A stretch of DNA of 64,000 nt from Octopus sinensis (lineage: Eukaryota), in assembly GCF_006345805.1 (NCBI RefSeq), contig NC_043007.1, positions 49,352,001-49,416,000 of the forward strand. Reading direction: 5' to 3'. Position 1 is the stretch's first letter. Each line of letters begins with the position of its first letter. The notes below the pieces were generated by a model that had not been told where the DNA came from, did not search any database, and saw only the letters and a program-made list of their open reading frames with translations. This document shows positions 60,737 to 64,000 of the stretch, in pieces. A program made the position numbers and the translations under genes.

Positions 60737-61782
60737 TAGTTTTATTTATATAGCGTGCTTTCACTTCACTACCGAGCGCAGCTCTGTGTGCCTTAGGTAT
60801 GTGCTGTGATTTGTTGTGATGCTCTGATGGTTATTGTATGGAAAGTGTTTTGCATAGGATGTGTGCAGTGCCTAGTAGTGCAACTTTCTGTATGTTATAT
60901 GTGTTTGTAAGTCCTGGTGTTTTTGTTATGTATTTGTCTGAATATTTTTTTATCATGCCTAATGCACCTACTATGATAGGAATTGTTTCTGTTTTTAGAT
61001 TCCACATTCTGGTTACCAGGTATTTGTATTTTGAAAGTTTCTCCATTTCTTTTAGAGACACGTTGTCATCTGCCGGTATTGATACATCAATTAGAAAGCA
61101 TTTTTTTTCTTCATGATCTCTGACAACTATATCTGGTCTGTTAGCCTTAATTTCTCTATCTGTGTGTATCGGCATATCCCAGAGTATGGTTGCTTTCTCG
61201 TTTTCTGTGACCCTTTCTGGTGTGTGCCTATACCATCTTTTTTCTGTTGTTATTCCATAATGTTGGCATAGCTTCCAGTGTATGTAGGTTCCAACTCTGT
61301 CATGTCTGTGAATATATTCCTTCTTAGCCAGGACTGGGCAGCCAGAGATAATATGATTTATTGTTTCTTGTCCATCTCCACATATTCTGCAGTTACTTGT
61401 AATATTTCTTTTAATTACATGTTTTTGGTAATTTCTGGTGAGGAGGCTTTGGTCTTGTGCTGCAATTAAAAATCCTTCTGTCTCTGCTTTGAGTCCTGAG
61501 CTTCTCAACCATTGCTGGGATTTTTCTTTGTCTATTTCTTTTGCGTTTAGTTTAGTCCAGTATTTACAATGAAGGGGCTTTTCTTGCCATCGTTTTAGCA
61601 TGGTTCATTGCTGTTCTATTTTTAGTTTGGATTTCGTTTGTTTTATAGTTTGGTTCTTTTCGTTTTTATGCTTTTGTTCTTCTTCTTCTTCTCTTCTTCT
61701 TCTTCTTCTTCTTCTTCTTCTTCTTCTTCTTCTTCTTCTTCTTCTTCTTCTTCTTCTTCTTCTTCTTCTTCTTCTTCTTCTT

Positions 61783-61813
<31 letters not shown>

Positions 61814-62196
61814 TTTATTTATTAGGTGGTATGATTTCTTGTTTGTATTTATCAGCTTCCTTAAATACTGAGAACAGTTTTTTGTTTTGCTCGTGTTTTG
61901 CCGCTATTTGCATCAGTTTTCCTTTTTGCAGTCCTATGGTGGTTATTTTCCAGTTGTATAAGGCCTCTACCACCTTCTATACGTTGTATATATAGTCTTT
62001 CTATGTCAAATTTTGGGTGATGTATCCTAGATCCTGTCATTATTTTTCTTGTTTTCCTATCTATTTTGGTCAGTTCATTTAGTGTCCAGTTAAGGATATT
62101 GTAGCTGTAACTTATAACTGGGACAACTAAAGTGTTAATACCTATTATTTTGTTTTTAGCATTGAGCTCTGTTTTTAGTATTGATCTAACTCGTCT
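60734..62196 (-). mobile_element. Dong/R4-like LINE 3' 1.46 kb (CCHC plus RLE) between (TAA)n tracts
   Basis: CRICGDGQETINHIISGCPVLAKKEYIHRHD, ANRPDIVV..CFLIDVSIP..EKLSKY; ATT tracts at 60658-60733 and 62197-62480. Confidence 0.9.
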
Positions 62197-62237
62197 TATT
62201 ATTATTATTATTAGTAGTAGTAGTAGTAGTAGTATTA

Positions 62238-62307
<70 letters not shown>

Positions 62308-62308
62308 T

Positions 62309-62346
<38 letters not shown>

Positions 62347-62347
62347 A

Positions 62348-62456
<109 letters not shown>

Positions 62457-62559
62457 CATCATCATTATTATTATTACTACATGTTTCACTTTTGCTTTGT
62501 ATTTGTATAAGTTGACTCCAAATCTCACCCACAAACTTCAAGGGAAAACAAGTAAGAAG

Positions 62560-64000
62560 TACAAGTTGGTATTATGCCTAAGGTGTCATATATTTGGCTT
62601 TGCGCATAGAATTGTTCTAGAGAATGTTTAAGAAAACATAAGAAAAATGTAGGCTTGTTAAAAAATTTGAGATTACATAGAGAGTATTTTATGCAGGATA
62701 TAGGCAGTTCCAATGAGCGCGATCTTTTGAATTTCTGCCATTTTGGGGTTTCCTGGTCTCTAGGCCAGGTAGCAATCATCCCCTTTTGCTATCATTCCCA
62801 GGGCACCTATGACAACAGGTATTGTTTTAGTCTAGAGGTTCCAAATTTTGCCAATTACCAGTTCAAGATCTTTATACTTGCTCAGTTTTTGGTAGGTCTT
62901 AACTGATAAATTTATACCAATTGGTTCAGTCATATCGATGAGATGGCATGATTTTTGTGGTAAAGGTGCAAGGGATCAAAGGTCTCTATAGCTGCCTATG
63001 CCGGGACAAGGACCACAAACAACATCAGCACCGGCAACAACACTAAAGACATTAACCACTCTAGAGGGAAACGAGGGAAACTCTCCTACACTCCTCACCC
63101 CAAACAAAAATACACACATAAACAAGAATATAAACATACACACAGACACAGACGCACAGCAACAGACTCCTCATCTGCCAGTAGTGAAGATGAAGGAAAA
63201 CCAAAAGGTCCCCAAAAAACAAAAAAGAAAGTACAAAAGAAAAACTTCACAAAGCATAACAACACTCAAAATAAAAAAATACAGACACCACCCACGAAAA
63301 CATCTCCCCAATAACATCAACACCAATGCAACCAACAACCATCACTATCACCAGAATCTCCCAAACGTAAACAACCTAAACAGACACAGGAACAAAAACT
63401 CACACAAACGTCTAAAACACAGGTACGACACTCACAGCACACACAGACACAACCGAAATAACAAAAAGTCCATCACCACTACAGTCAAACAAACAAATTA
63501 AACAACACCAACACAAAACACCCACTTCGTACTCATCAGAAGGCACGACGAACTGATAGCCCTCGTAACACAAAACATAGAATTTGAAACGTGGTAGGTG
63601 TGATACATAGAATCGAGCACATTTCACTACCAGAAATTTTCCTTCTGGTGCGAATGTTGCTCGATTCCTACACAACAATTCAAGAGAAAACTCCGGAGAA
63701 CGTGGAAACCCCGAACGTGAGATCCACATCGAAGCTCTTAAAGGGGCTCATCCCCCAAAACTCCACCACTTATGGAAATCGAACTACCTGACTTTCACAA
63801 GACACCTTTTCTTTCTTTCTTTAGCTTGCCAACATACAGAATAGAAATTTTAAATGTGCAAGGCCTGTGGTCACCATGGGAGGAAGGGCGCCGGCTCAAC
63901 GACTTCAAGTCTCTAGAATTCGATATAATTGCTGAGACCAGGATTTCCAATGCAGGCGCACCGGCCCACACGTTCGACGACTGTCAGATTTTTAACGTTT
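62560..64000 (+). mobile_element. Degenerate Tx1/L1-like LINE 5' half (ORF1 remnant and start of APE), runs off the window end
   Basis: Homology to 37660-38420; APE-like NVQGLWS...FDII.ETR near 63855-63945. Confidence 0.6.

Overview
AT-rich, microsatellite-dense animal genomic DNA; the SINE, LINE and microsatellite make-up points to a coleoid cephalopod, probably Octopus (inference, not database-checked). One host gene is supportable: eight phase-consistent + strand exons (1842-35528, 452 aa plus stop, N-terminus upstream of the window) of an SLC22/organic-cation-transporter-like MFS protein. Nearly everything else is mobile DNA: CR1-like, Dong/R4-like, RTE and Tx1/L1-like LINEs, tRNA-derived SINEs, Penelope-like elements (PLEs), Helitron/DINE-like pieces, mariner, a Chapaev-like transposon and MITEs. 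Highlights read directly from the sequence: (1) six type I hammerhead-ribozyme folds at different stages of decay (5467, 28800, 35194 minus, 51154, 52599, 59021), two of them sense-oriented inside SLC22 introns; (2) a 1.6-kb RT-less, gag(ORF1)-only retroelement with a perfect 14-bp target-site duplication whose last base is the first base of hammerhead stem I; (3) an ~830-bp near-perfect intronic palindrome with an 8-nt spacer; (4) a 3' stem-loop shared, with compensatory changes, by the CR1-like LINEs and an abundant SINE; (5) a TTAA-flanked Kolobok-like MITE with microsatellite-containing TIRs. Repeat boundaries other than those tied to TSDs, TIRs or splice sites are approximate.
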